Source: Octopus bimaculoides (lineage: Eukaryota). Taken from it: a DNA stretch of 51,401 nt. Positions 1 through 10,525 of this stretch are shown here, one piece after another. The position numbers and the translations under genes are program-made. The notes under the pieces are model-generated. The model had not been told where the DNA came from. It worked only from the letters and a program-made list of their open reading frames with translations, and searched no databases. The DNA is taken from the NCBI RefSeq assembly GCF_001194135.2, contig NC_068994.1, forward strand, positions 59,611,184 through 59,662,584, read 5' to 3'. Position 1 is the first letter of the stretch. Each line of letters opens with the position of its first letter.

Positions 1-1156
1 TCCATGCTCATTAACAATCTTTCGGGCGTGAAACTGAATTAATACAGTCAGCAGAAGAAACATTTGCATGCAGGTACAGACTTCTTTGTTCGTAAACTTA
101 TTGTCGTGGCAAAAACATTTGCAAACTTATCCCATTGACGACACACACAGCAAGCACGCATGCGTGTTTGTGTGCGTGCGTGCGTGGGAAGATTAAGTTA
201 GGTGGTGGCTATCAAATATTTGATGGTGGCAAGTTACTTTTCATTAAATCTCCTCAAGACGGAGAGAGAAAGATATGGCAATATGATAGTGGCAGATTGG
301 ATTTCTTCTTGAAGATCAAATGTGTGAATCTGAATAATGTAGGATAATTGGGTTAATATCGTGCAGAAGATAAAGGTGACCTTACAGAATATTGTGATAT
401 ACTGTGAGGCAGAATAGCCTTATCAAGAGTCATTCATTGGCTACGATTTCTGTGTACTAAAACATTAATAAGGGTGACGGTTGGCTGGTATGCATGGTCT
501 TCCATAAAAAAAAAAATCTTGCCCGGATTTAAGCCTCGGAGGGTAACTTTCTAGGTTCAAACCATTCATAGCCGAACGGGCTCTTGAACCTTTCTAAACA
601 TTAATAAAAATAATAAGGAACTAATGAGAAGCCCCTACACTGCACAGGGTCCAACAGCTTGAAATAGCAATGTGTTCTCACTCAGATAATTCCTTGCCAT
701 CTTATTGGACAATGTCCATTCGATCTTTTGTTTGTTGTAGCTGCAACACCATGTTTGATATATAACTCTTGATATTTAAGTGGTTGGTCACGAATGGAAA
801 GCCTTTGATCACAGCTCTGCTCGATCAGGTGGACCTAAGGATAAACAACAAAAATAAAACATTAATTGCCATAATTAGACAACGATGGAATCTTTAGCAC
901 AGATACCGTCGTAATGAAAGGATAAGCACATTAGACGATGTAGTCCTAGGTGTACGTGGAATGGTCTCGGTTGTAACACTTCCATCATAAGTCTGCTGGT
1001 CAATGCTGATCTTACAATCACGCCTCGGTTACCAAAGATTTACTTTATGGAACAAGCATGCTTCTTTATGTGTGTATAGGATCTTATATGGGGGCAGGGA
1101 TGATACTTCGAGTCCCTGGCAGGGCAGAATATCGAACCAACACACGCCTGCGCGCG

Positions 1157-1196
<40 letters not shown>

Positions 1197-2005
1197 NNNN
1201 NNNNNNNNNNNNNNNNNNNNNNNNNNNNNNNNNNNNNNNNTATATATATATATATATATACACACAATAAGGAAATAAGTTATATAGATAGCTACTTTAT
1301 ACAGCTCAATCAATTAGCGCTCTGCTAGAGCTTCAGGAATATAGAATTAAGGAGGAGAGAAAACAAATTCAAAGGTTGATGTATATATTCATTGAATCCA
1401 TGATAACGAAATTCTCTGTGGGATACAATATACATACATAGATACATTCATCTATATGGTATATAAAACTTCTAAGAATTTATATATATATATATATATA
1501 AAGGGATTAAAATCCGAGCTGTGTCCTCATGTGACACTTTTGCGAATCCCTGCTTTCAGTTGTAAGTAGGACAAAACTATCCGTACAAGCTGCAATTCAT
1601 GTTCAAGTATATTCGTCGCAAGACATATATGTATATATATATATGCAAATAATATGTGACAATTATTCGGTAGCATATACTTACATATCTAGACATACTC
1701 ATATATATTTAAATGATAAACTTCTGGAAAGTTTTGCAGATTTTTACAGTTTCACTGATGGATCGGATCTGAAGTCCTCGAATCAGCTTTCTCCTTTCTG
1801 GTTTTGAGAAGCCTAATTTCTCAAGATTGGTATTTAGTCAATGTGTTACATATCCCAGGGCCCCAATAATTACAGGTATAAACCTGAACTTGTATGCACG
1901 TATGTATGTATGTGTGTATGTGATGGATGTATGTATGTACGTATGTATGTATATATGGCGTACATAGATTGTCTAAAAGTAACGTAGTAACTTCTATGAT
2001 TTCAG

Positions 2006-2274
2006 CTTTCTGATAAAGTATCAGAGGAACGCAGAAAGGGACACAATGTGATAGTGTTGGGTGGAGATCATAGTCTCGGGATTGGTTCTGTGCACGGCCA
2101 GATAGAAGCTGAAAAGGAAAAGCCTGTACTACTATGGATAGATGCACACAGCGATATTAATACGCCGAAGACATCGCCTTCTGGTAATGCCCATGGAATG
2201 CCAGTCGCCTATCTGATTGAAGAAATGAGAAACCAATTGCCCGAGATTCAGCAATTCAATTGGGTGAATCACTC
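2006..2274 (+). CDS. ARG: Arginase internal exon ([23 protein letters not shown]...DAHSDINT...SGNAHGMP...WVNHS)
   Basis: ttcag acceptor at 2001-2005 and gtaagt donor at 2275 (phase 0 in, phase 2 out). Carries the arginase signatures GGDHS, DAHxDINT and SGNxHGxP (Mn-ligand and catalytic residues). Confidence 0.95.
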
Positions 2275-2332
2275 GTAAGTTGTCCGTTCATGACCATTCA
2301 ACGATAACAGGAGCATAATTTCAAAATTATTT

Positions 2333-2335
2333 TAG

Positions 2336-2388
<53 letters not shown>

Positions 2389-2394
2389 GATCTA

Positions 2395-2491
<97 letters not shown>

Positions 2492-2497
2492 TTATCT
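2333..2497. repeat. Compound tetranucleotide microsatellite (TATC)n(TGTC)n
   Basis: Directly visible in the arginase intron. Confidence 0.95.
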
Positions 2498-3192
2498 AAA
2501 CTCTATTTGCTTCTCTCTGTTTGTCTCTTTCTCTCTCTTTCTCAATACACATACACATATACATATATCGTATGATAGATCTAAAAAGATTTCGAAACTT
2601 GTATTACATTAAAATCTTGGGAAATCATTATTCTATTTGACGGGTTATTGTAGATTTAAAAAACCTGCCCTGTGTCCCTTTGACACTCACAGAGGAGTTA
2701 GTGCTTCAACAGAAATAAGATTTCATAAGGTTTTATATCTTAGAGCAACTTAAAACCAAATTTCCTTGTATCATTGGAGAGTTATATGATAGCGATGGTC
2801 TTTCAGGTTTAAATATTTGCATTTAGTTCCGCCCAAAATATAGATAGAATTAGAAAAGTATTGCACCCGTTCTTTAAATATCTTCTTTATGTATAAATTT
2901 AAAACTTCATCTGAAAATCATTTAGGTTTTAGACGTGACTAAAAATGCTTTCTTTTTTTTATGCCAAATGAGATTTTGTTTCATTTGGGATAAAACTCAA
3001 GGAACAGTTCAGAGAATGTAGTTTTAAATATCTCTGATTATGCCTTATATTGAAATAATAATAAAAAATGGCTTCAATGGGAATATTTTTAATATTCTTC
3101 AATCTGATACCATAAAGAATATAACGTGAGTATACAATATTACTTGGTTCCACCCAATATAGGTACCTGATCTTTTTAGCAAACTTTACGCG

Positions 3193-3229
<37 letters not shown>

Positions 3230-3232
<3 letters not shown>

Positions 3233-3415
3233 TGTGTCATTGCGTTTGTGTTTGTCCCCCACATCCGCTTATTTGTTTACGTAACGTAGCGGTTCACCAC
3301 AGACATCGATAGAATAAATTCAAGACTTCGAGTCAATTCGTTCAACTAAAACCCTTCAAGGCAGTGCCCCAGTATGGCCGCAGTGCAGTAACTGAAACAA
3401 GTGACAGATGAAAGA
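3230..3415 (+). mobile_element. SINE family B 3' half
   Basis: TGTGTTTGTCCCCC...GATAGAATAA...GTGCCCCAGTATGGCCGCAG...ACTGAAACAAGT following a (CA)n tract. Confidence 0.7.
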
Positions 3416-3495
3416 TATTAAACATTTTTAAGAGGGGCATGATAGTGAGTTCGAAGTTTTGTCTACGTATGATCTAATCTTAATTCTATTTTTAG

Positions 3496-3552
3496 GATCA
3501 AAGCCAAAGACTTGGTTTATATTGGACTTCGTGATATTGACGTCGGGGAAAT
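3496..3552 (+). CDS. ARG: Arginase internal exon ((S)IKAKDLVYIGLRDIDVGE)
   Basis: tttag acceptor and gtaagt donor at 3553, phase 2/2 matching the flanking exons. Matches the arginase YIGLRDVD motif. Confidence 0.92.
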
Positions 3553-3869
3553 GTAAGTACTCCTCCTCCTCCTCCTTCATCACCTTCATTTTCGTCTTCT
3601 GCAGACACAGTCACACCTGCTTCCAATTCCATATCCTCATTTAGACACACATGGAAATAAGCATAAATGCGAACACCAACTGATGCAGAAGTGTACAGTT
3701 TCCTTCTACCAAATTTCTTTCACAAAGATTTGGTCGTTGGTTTTGCGCAGTGGAATCGAACGCGGAACCACATAGCTGCGGAACAAACTTCTTGACCTCA
3801 CAGCTATATCAACGCCTTCACGGATGAGATACATTTGATAAAACCTGGTACTCCGTCGTTTACGACGAC

Positions 3870-4160
3870 GAGAGTTCCAGTTGATCCGATGAACGGAAGA
3901 GCCTGTTTGTGAAATGAACGTGCAAGTGGCTGAAGGTCCCACAGACACGCGTACCCTTATCGTAGTTCTCAGCATCACACATAATGGGACAAGGTCGACC
4001 CTTTGAAATACATATATAAGTCATTTTTTTGCCAGCTGAGTGGACTGGAGCAACGTGAAATAAAGTGTCTTGCATAAGGACACAACGCGTCGCCGGGAAT
4101 TGAACTCATGACCTTACGATTGTCAGCCGAATTTCCTAGCCACTGAGCCACGCGCATTCA
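3870..4160 (-). mobile_element. tRNA-derived SINE family A
   Basis: Reverse complement reads GCGTGGCTCAGTGG...GAGTTCAATTCCCGG...TTGTGTCCTTATGCAAGACACTTTATTTCACGTTGCTCCAGTCCACTCAGCTG. Confidence 0.8.
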
Positions 4161-4269
4161 CTGACATATTTGATAATGTAGTCTGGGATACAGGAATGGA
4201 CGGAATTGTTGTGCCATTGATTCTCGCCAAAGTAAATATAATGTTTTGACATATTTCTTGATTTTTTAG

Positions 4270-4329
4270 ACAAACTATGAAGAACCTGGGTGTGAAATTC
4301 TTTTCAATGCAAGAAGTTGAAGAATATGG
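4270..4329 (+). CDS. ARG: Arginase internal exon, truncated by assembly gap ((I)QTMKNLGVKFFSMQEVEEYG...)
   Basis: ttttag acceptor at 4268-4269 with compatible phase. Matches arginase LGIKYFSMTEVDRLG. The sequence runs into Ns at 4330. Confidence 0.9.
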
Positions 4330-5289
4330 NNNNNNNNNNNNNNNNNNNNNNNNNNNNNNNNNNNNNNNNNNNNNNNNNNNNNNNNNNNNNNNNNNNNNNN
4401 NNNNNNNNNNNNNNNNNNNNNNNNNNNNNNNNNNNNNNNNNNNNNNNNNNNNNNNNNNNNNNNNNNNNNNNNNNNNNNNNNNNNNNNNNNNNNNNNNNNN
4501 NNNNNNNNNNNNNNNNNNNNNNNNNNNNNNNNNNNNNNNNNNNNNNNNNNNNNNNNNNNNNNNNNNNNNNNNNNNNNNNNNNNNNNNNNNNNNNNNNNNN
4601 NNNNNNNNNNNNNNNNNNNNNNNNNNNNNNNNNNNNNNNNNNNNNNNNNNNNNNNNNNNNNNNNNNNNNNNNNNNNNNNNNNNNNNNNNNNNNNNNNNNN
4701 NNNNNNNNNNNNNNNNNNNNNNNNNNNNNNNNNNNNNNNNNNNNNNNNNNNNNNNNNNNNNNNNNNNNNNNNNNNNNNNNNNNNNNNNNNNNNNNNNNNN
4801 NNNNNNNNNNNNNNNNNNNNNNNNNNNNNNNNNNNNNNNNNNNNNNNNNNNNNNNNNNNNNNNNNNNNNNNNNNNNNNNNNNNNNNNNNNNNNNNNNNNN
4901 NNNNNNNNNNNNNNNNNNNNNNNNNNNNNNNNNNNNNNNNNNNNNNNNNNNNNNNNNNNNNNNNNNNNNNNNNNNNNNNNNNNNNNNNNNNNNNNNNNNN
5001 NNNNNNNNNNNNNNNNNNNNNNNNNNNNNNNNNNNNNNNNNNNNNNNNNNNNNNNNNNNNNNNNNNNNNNNNNNNNNNNNNNNNNNNNNNNNNNNNNNNN
5101 NNNNNNNNNNNNNNNNNNNNNNNNNNNNNNNNNNNNNNNNNNNNNNNNNNNNNNNNNNNNNNNNNNNNNNNNNNNNNNNNNNNNNNNNNNNNNNNNNNNN
5201 NNNNNNNNNNNNNNNNNNNNNNNNNNNNNNNNNNNNNNNNNNNNNNNNNNNNNNNNNNNNNNNNNNNNNNNNNNNNNNNNNNNNNNNNN
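4330..5289. other. Assembly gap interrupting an arginase exon
   Basis: N run. Other gaps: 1197-1240, 9269-9880, 13162-13748, 16180-17070, 25035-25244, 26321-26399, 31932-31941, 38561-38859, 41727-41862, 47915-48215, 49493-49646. Confidence 1.
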
Positions 5290-5567
5290 AAAGACTCCTC
5301 CTTATTTCTCTGAGCATCAACTTAATACACCTTGTTTGTTTGCTTTTTTACACACCATTTAAAAAAAAAAATTTGCTACACACACACACGCACACACGCA
5401 CACGCACACACGCACACGCACACACGCACAAACGCACGCACGCACGCACGCACACACACACATTCACATATACAATATGTTAATAATTATAATTCCAGTA
5501 GAGAATAGATTACAAAATCTTATTTCAACTGATTTCTAAATTATGAAAGAGGAAGAATTGTTTAATG

Positions 5568-7023
5568 TATTCTTTTATTCTTTTATATGTTTCAGCCCTA
5601 AGGCTGAAGGAGGAAGTTCGACACTGCTGCCTTCTTTCGAGTCTCCTGCCTTGATATTGGTTCCTCTGGGACCTTGGATGGCAAGCAGTCAAGTTGTTTC
5701 TTGAAAACATCTACTCCCACTCCATGGAGACCCCTCAAGTGTTTTGGCAAGGAGTTAAATAGTTGTGAGCCCTTGAATCCCAAGCTATTGCAGTACATGA
5801 TTCTCACTCTAGACAGGATAACTTGGACCTTTGGAACTGTGCAGTGACGTCCAGTTCGGGAGCTGGTATAGCTCTGGATACCAAAGTTTGGTACCAACCC
5901 CCTCAGGATCCTCCATACATATATCACTGCATACCTGTCCTGTCTTCGCTTCAGGGAATAGAGTCGTAGCACTTTCAGTCTCTCCCAGTAGCTCAGCTGT
6001 TCCATTAAAATACATGTTCTTTTCTTCAGCCCCTTTATATATGGCATCTCGGTCATTTTTGTAGAAGATTGGCATCAGAAGTTTCTTTGACCACTTCTAC
6101 TACTTTGTGTCGTCGGCATAGCTAGTAAGTGTGGCTGTCTGTGCAACCGATGGCATGTCTAAAAGGGTCACCATGAACATTAGCGGCTCCAATACAGTTA
6201 TCTGAGGCACCCCACTTTCTATTACTGTCTCCTTGGACAGGACTCCATTGGCCGCCACAGCCTGGCGTCTGTCTTTTAAGAAGCCATGCAACAGCTCTCC
6301 CAGTTTTCCGAATATATCGAGTCTCCGTAGTTTGTGAGATATCATCCCGTGATCAACCTTACCAAAAGCCTTATCACATTCACGTTTAGGCGATTCATTA
6401 ATTGTTTCAACACCCAGTCATGATGCTGCAAAAGTTGTGTAAGGCAGCTTCTTCCTGAGCGGATGCCATGCCGAGTGACAGGAAGCAAGTCATTGTCTTC
6501 AAGGAACACAGTCACTTCCCTCCTGACAATGCGTTCCATGATTTTGCTGACACGGGAGGTTAGAGAGACAAGCCCATAATTTTTAGCATTCGCTCTGCTA
6601 CCTTCCTTATGGATGGGACATATTATGCCTTCTTTCAACTTTTTGGAAAGTCTCCTAGTTGCGAGGAAGCTCTGGGAGAGAATCTGAAGTGGTCTTGCTC
6701 GTCGGCAAACCATTTTCTTCGAATAGTAGCCCTATCTTGTACTCTACTGAAACAGATTCTTTTGCATATCTATAGAAGACTTTAGGGTTTGTCTTTATAT
6801 TTTTGACAGCCCTGGCTCCTCCTTTTTTGCCCTCTACTTTTGATGGGAATTCACTTTCGGTCTCAAACATTGTTTGTTTAAGATAGGGTCGTCTGCTATC
6901 CTTTAGCGGCCCACTTAGACCGTTTGAGGTTTTTGATTGTCGTCTCATTAATATCCGCCTATCCCTAGGAATTTTGTTCCATGACCTCTTTCTCAGTGCC
7001 TTTCCTATCAGCTTTGTGACCAT
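5568..7023 (-). mobile_element. Decayed, 5'-truncated CR1/L2-superclade LINE (RT domain to 3' tail)
   Basis: Frameshifted ORFs read NIKTNPKVFYRYAK, CPIHKEGSRANAKNYGLVSLTS, HGIRSGRSCLTQLL, SGVPQ.TVL.PL.F, YADD and LSYWERLKVLRLYSL. The 3' end has a hairpin plus (ATAAAAGA)2 tail at 5568-5608. Confidence 0.9.
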
Positions 7024-7260
7024 ACTGGAGTTGTTTCATCCGAGACTCTTGATGATAGTAGATTAATTTCTGTTTTGGAAGGATATTGAAGAGATGTGGG
7101 CCCTTCCAATCTCAAGCTGTTGCAATATCTTGCCTTGTATTTTGATGGCAAGGAGTGAATCTTTGTCACTATGCAATGGCGACCTGTTTGGGGGATAAAT
7201 CTCAATGGTCAAGTCCTTCCAGGAGTTTTTTCCGCCTTCTCCTTTTAAGTCTTTCTCTGT
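7015..7260 (-). mobile_element. Second, older CR1-like LINE 3' fragment abutting the first
   Basis: Translates as KLLEGL...QTGRHCIVTKIHSLPSKYKARYCNSLRLEG, paralogous to RILRGL...RTGRHCTVPKVQ...YCNSLGFKG at 5800-5900. Confidence 0.65.
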
Positions 7261-7789
7261 ATCTCTATTGTGATAACCATGACAACCAATGTATATCCTC
7301 CCATTCCAACATCGTAACAGAATCGCGAAACAAAGACTGGCGTTGCCTTATAAGTCTCTATCTTTTCCCTTTCCTCAGTTCCAGCAGGTTTGACATTGAG
7401 AGAAGCGTTATACATTGCCGAGGTCATATTCCAAACAGGTAAGACAATGTTTCGTCTCTAACCATTTTTGCATTCCTAATTACTTGAAATAATACCGATA
7501 TATTCACACCTAATCGCCCTTTTTTCCACATGTATTCGAACCCCGTATTTGGAATGAAACTCTTCATGAAATCTCCGGAAGTCACCATCTGTTGTTTACA
7601 GCCTTGCTATTTAGTGTACTGATTTCTTACGCTTTAACGAGAATTTCTGGGGCTTAGCTGACCCGGGAATTGAACTCACGCTTAAACACTTAAAGCCTCA
7701 ATTATATCACTAACCCATTGTCTTGTAGGACATTTACAGAATAGAAATCAGGAACTTTAGTTTATGATTGAATGTTTATAATCGTTCAT

Positions 7790-8560
7790 GCTTGTTGGTT
7801 TAAGCGGTTGTCAACGCCAAAATGTTTCCTATTTATTTAATTCCATAAATGATCAACCATGTCTGATTTCTCTGGCTTCCTACGGATTATGGATTTACTT
7901 TTTATGGATCTCACCTTTATATTTACTGACACAACTGTTTGTGTGTGGAGGCGGGATATACGCTGTTCTTGTTCATAAACTCTTCTGGCAGAGAGATCTC
8001 CAAGAACGATAGACTTGTTTTGTCCTTAGGATGCATGGACCGCAGATCTCAAATTTCCTGGCATACATCAAACATAGAGTCGACATATCGTGGCAGTTTT
8101 CTAACTTCTTCCACTGTTATAGCTCTCCTTTTGGAAGCCGATGTTATACTGTCAGGTTTGGTTGTTACTCAGAAAAGTCATTATAATTCTAACCATAGCA
8201 TTTAAGACCGGTCGAAGAAGACTTAAAGTTTTATAGACATTCATCGACATATTTTCTTTCGTGATTTTGTCTAATCTCGAATTTGATGCTTGCGTGAGCT
8301 CAATCTGTATCAGCGTGAAAGGAGAACTGATATATTTGAACATGAATACTTTTCGGTGTTGATGTCCATCTAAATTATCTTCCTTTATGTCTATGTCCAC
8401 CTTGCATATTCAAAATGTTAGGTTTAAACCTCTCGATGTTCACTTTATATTGTTGTACGGCACGATGTCGCGTGAATTCGAGTTCAACTCTAAACGCTTC
8501 AAGCTGTGTTTATGCCGTCGTATTTTTCCAGGTCATTATGTATCTTGGACTACGTTATTT
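7790..8560 (-). mobile_element. Highly decayed RTE-like LINE RT C-terminal remnant
   Basis: Broken frames give LDGHQHRKVFMFKYISS and VYKTLSLLRPVL, resembling RTE-type .dG..L..V..FKYLGS and YK..VRP.L motifs. Many stops. Confidence 0.4.
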
Positions 8561-8710
8561 AATGTATCCTAGCCGTATTTACAACAGTAAGGTTTGATTT
8601 AAGGAAGATTTGACTGCTGTTTCTGGCAAATCGACTGACTATGAACAAGTTCAAAGCAGAGTCTTCATTAGCTCAACTGCCTCGCACTTGTTAAGGAATG
8701 TCTTATAAAG

Positions 8711-8750
<40 letters not shown>

Positions 8751-8870
8751 ATGCGTGTGTGTGAGAGAGAGGGGGGAGAGAAACAGAGTGTGACGTTTGT
8801 GTATGTGATGTGAATGTGTGTATGCGTGTGGGTATGTATGTACTTTCTATGAATATATACGTCAGGTGTA

Positions 8871-8906
<36 letters not shown>

Positions 8907-9233
8907 GGAGTGTGTATGTGATTCTACATCAGCAATCACCTGTTTACACCTGAGAATGCAACCAATTTGTTAGAGTACAAAATGAAATCCCGGTCAAATT
9001 AGTGTGTTACAAGAATGATGTAACACACTCACGCTCATACACACGTACACACGCACTGACAAAGACACACACACTGTGGAGACTAGAAAAATGTCCCCGA
9101 TAACTTCAGAGCAATTCCTATCGATATTCTTATATTTCGATCAAGCGTAAAATGTTCGACTTTAGGGAGATCTTGTGGTCATGATGGCGACACATACAAA
9201 TATTACATGGCAGTACAACTACAGCAGTTTTTG

Positions 9234-9268
<35 letters not shown>

Positions 9269-9880
9269 NNNNNNNNNNNNNNNNNNNNNNNNNNNNNNNN
9301 NNNNNNNNNNNNNNNNNNNNNNNNNNNNNNNNNNNNNNNNNNNNNNNNNNNNNNNNNNNNNNNNNNNNNNNNNNNNNNNNNNNNNNNNNNNNNNNNNNNN
9401 NNNNNNNNNNNNNNNNNNNNNNNNNNNNNNNNNNNNNNNNNNNNNNNNNNNNNNNNNNNNNNNNNNNNNNNNNNNNNNNNNNNNNNNNNNNNNNNNNNNN
9501 NNNNNNNNNNNNNNNNNNNNNNNNNNNNNNNNNNNNNNNNNNNNNNNNNNNNNNNNNNNNNNNNNNNNNNNNNNNNNNNNNNNNNNNNNNNNNNNNNNNN
9601 NNNNNNNNNNNNNNNNNNNNNNNNNNNNNNNNNNNNNNNNNNNNNNNNNNNNNNNNNNNNNNNNNNNNNNNNNNNNNNNNNNNNNNNNNNNNNNNNNNNN
9701 NNNNNNNNNNNNNNNNNNNNNNNNNNNNNNNNNNNNNNNNNNNNNNNNNNNNNNNNNNNNNNNNNNNNNNNNNNNNNNNNNNNNNNNNNNNNNNNNNNNN
9801 NNNNNNNNNNNNNNNNNNNNNNNNNNNNNNNNNNNNNNNNNNNNNNNNNNNNNNNNNNNNNNNNNNNNNNNNNNNNNNNN

Positions 9881-10030
9881 GTTTGTTTGTTTGTTTGTTT
9901 GTCCGTGGACAAGATATCTCAAGAACCACTGGATGGATTCGGATGAAACTTTCAGGGATGTTTGGCCTCGTGACTGGCACGAACTGATTAGATTTTGGAA
10001 TTGATCAGGTACTGGACAAGGATTCTGGAT
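9881..10030 (+). mobile_element. Helentron/DINE-like non-autonomous element (HINE) 5' portion
   Basis: (GTTT)n microsatellite followed by GTCCG...AAGATATCTCAAGAACCACTGGATGGATTCGGATGAAACTTTCAGG...GATTAGATTTTGG, a layout I recognise from Helentron-associated elements. Left end is lost in a gap. Confidence 0.5.
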
Positions 10031-10374
10031 TCTTTTTTCTTTTTTTTTTTTTACTTAATTTTTGAGAGCGGTCGGGTTCATTTTCAGTATTCTCGTTTGT
10101 GAGAGCAGTCGAGTTTATTTCAGATATTCTCATTATAAAGATCATCTCTGGCTAATCGTTGAGAGGACGTTGGTATTGCTCTGGCGGAGGTTTGCGCTCT
10201 CTGAGTTCTCTTGTTATTGTTATCATATGTTTGACTCTTGCTTTGTATTTGTACAAGCTGACTCCAAGTCCCTTGTCCAGAGATCTCAAGAGACAACAAG
10301 TTAGAAGTTCCTGTTGGTGTTATGTCTAGGGTGTCATCTATTTGGTTTTGCACATAGTATTGTTCTAGAGAATG

Positions 10375-10525
10375 TGCCACGCATCAGGTGTCGAAGTGAT
10401 TGCAGAGCAACGTGAAATGAAGGGTTTCGCTTAAGAACACAACGAGTTCGCCCTGATCCGGGAATCGATACTTCGATCTCGCGATCTTGAGCGCAACACC
10501 CAAACCACTACACCATATGCCCTCA
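10375..10525 (-). mobile_element. tRNA-derived SINE related to family A
   Basis: Reverse complement has TGGTGTAGTGG and a B-box-like GTATCGATTCCCGG, then ...TTCATTTCACGTTGCTC. Confidence 0.65.

Noticed and set aside
1-2005. Search for upstream arginase exons
   Set aside because: No recognisable arginase N-terminal motifs. They probably lie outside the window, though short divergent exons could be missed by eye.
4277-5483. Long ORFs of 220-390 aa in the ORF track (also at 9130-10004, 12957-13875, 16133-17191, 24938-25652, 38322-38967, 47616-48324, 49361-49748)
   Set aside because: These are artefacts of N runs (X residues) and flanking dinucleotide repeats. Only the short arginase and CRE-like parts are real.
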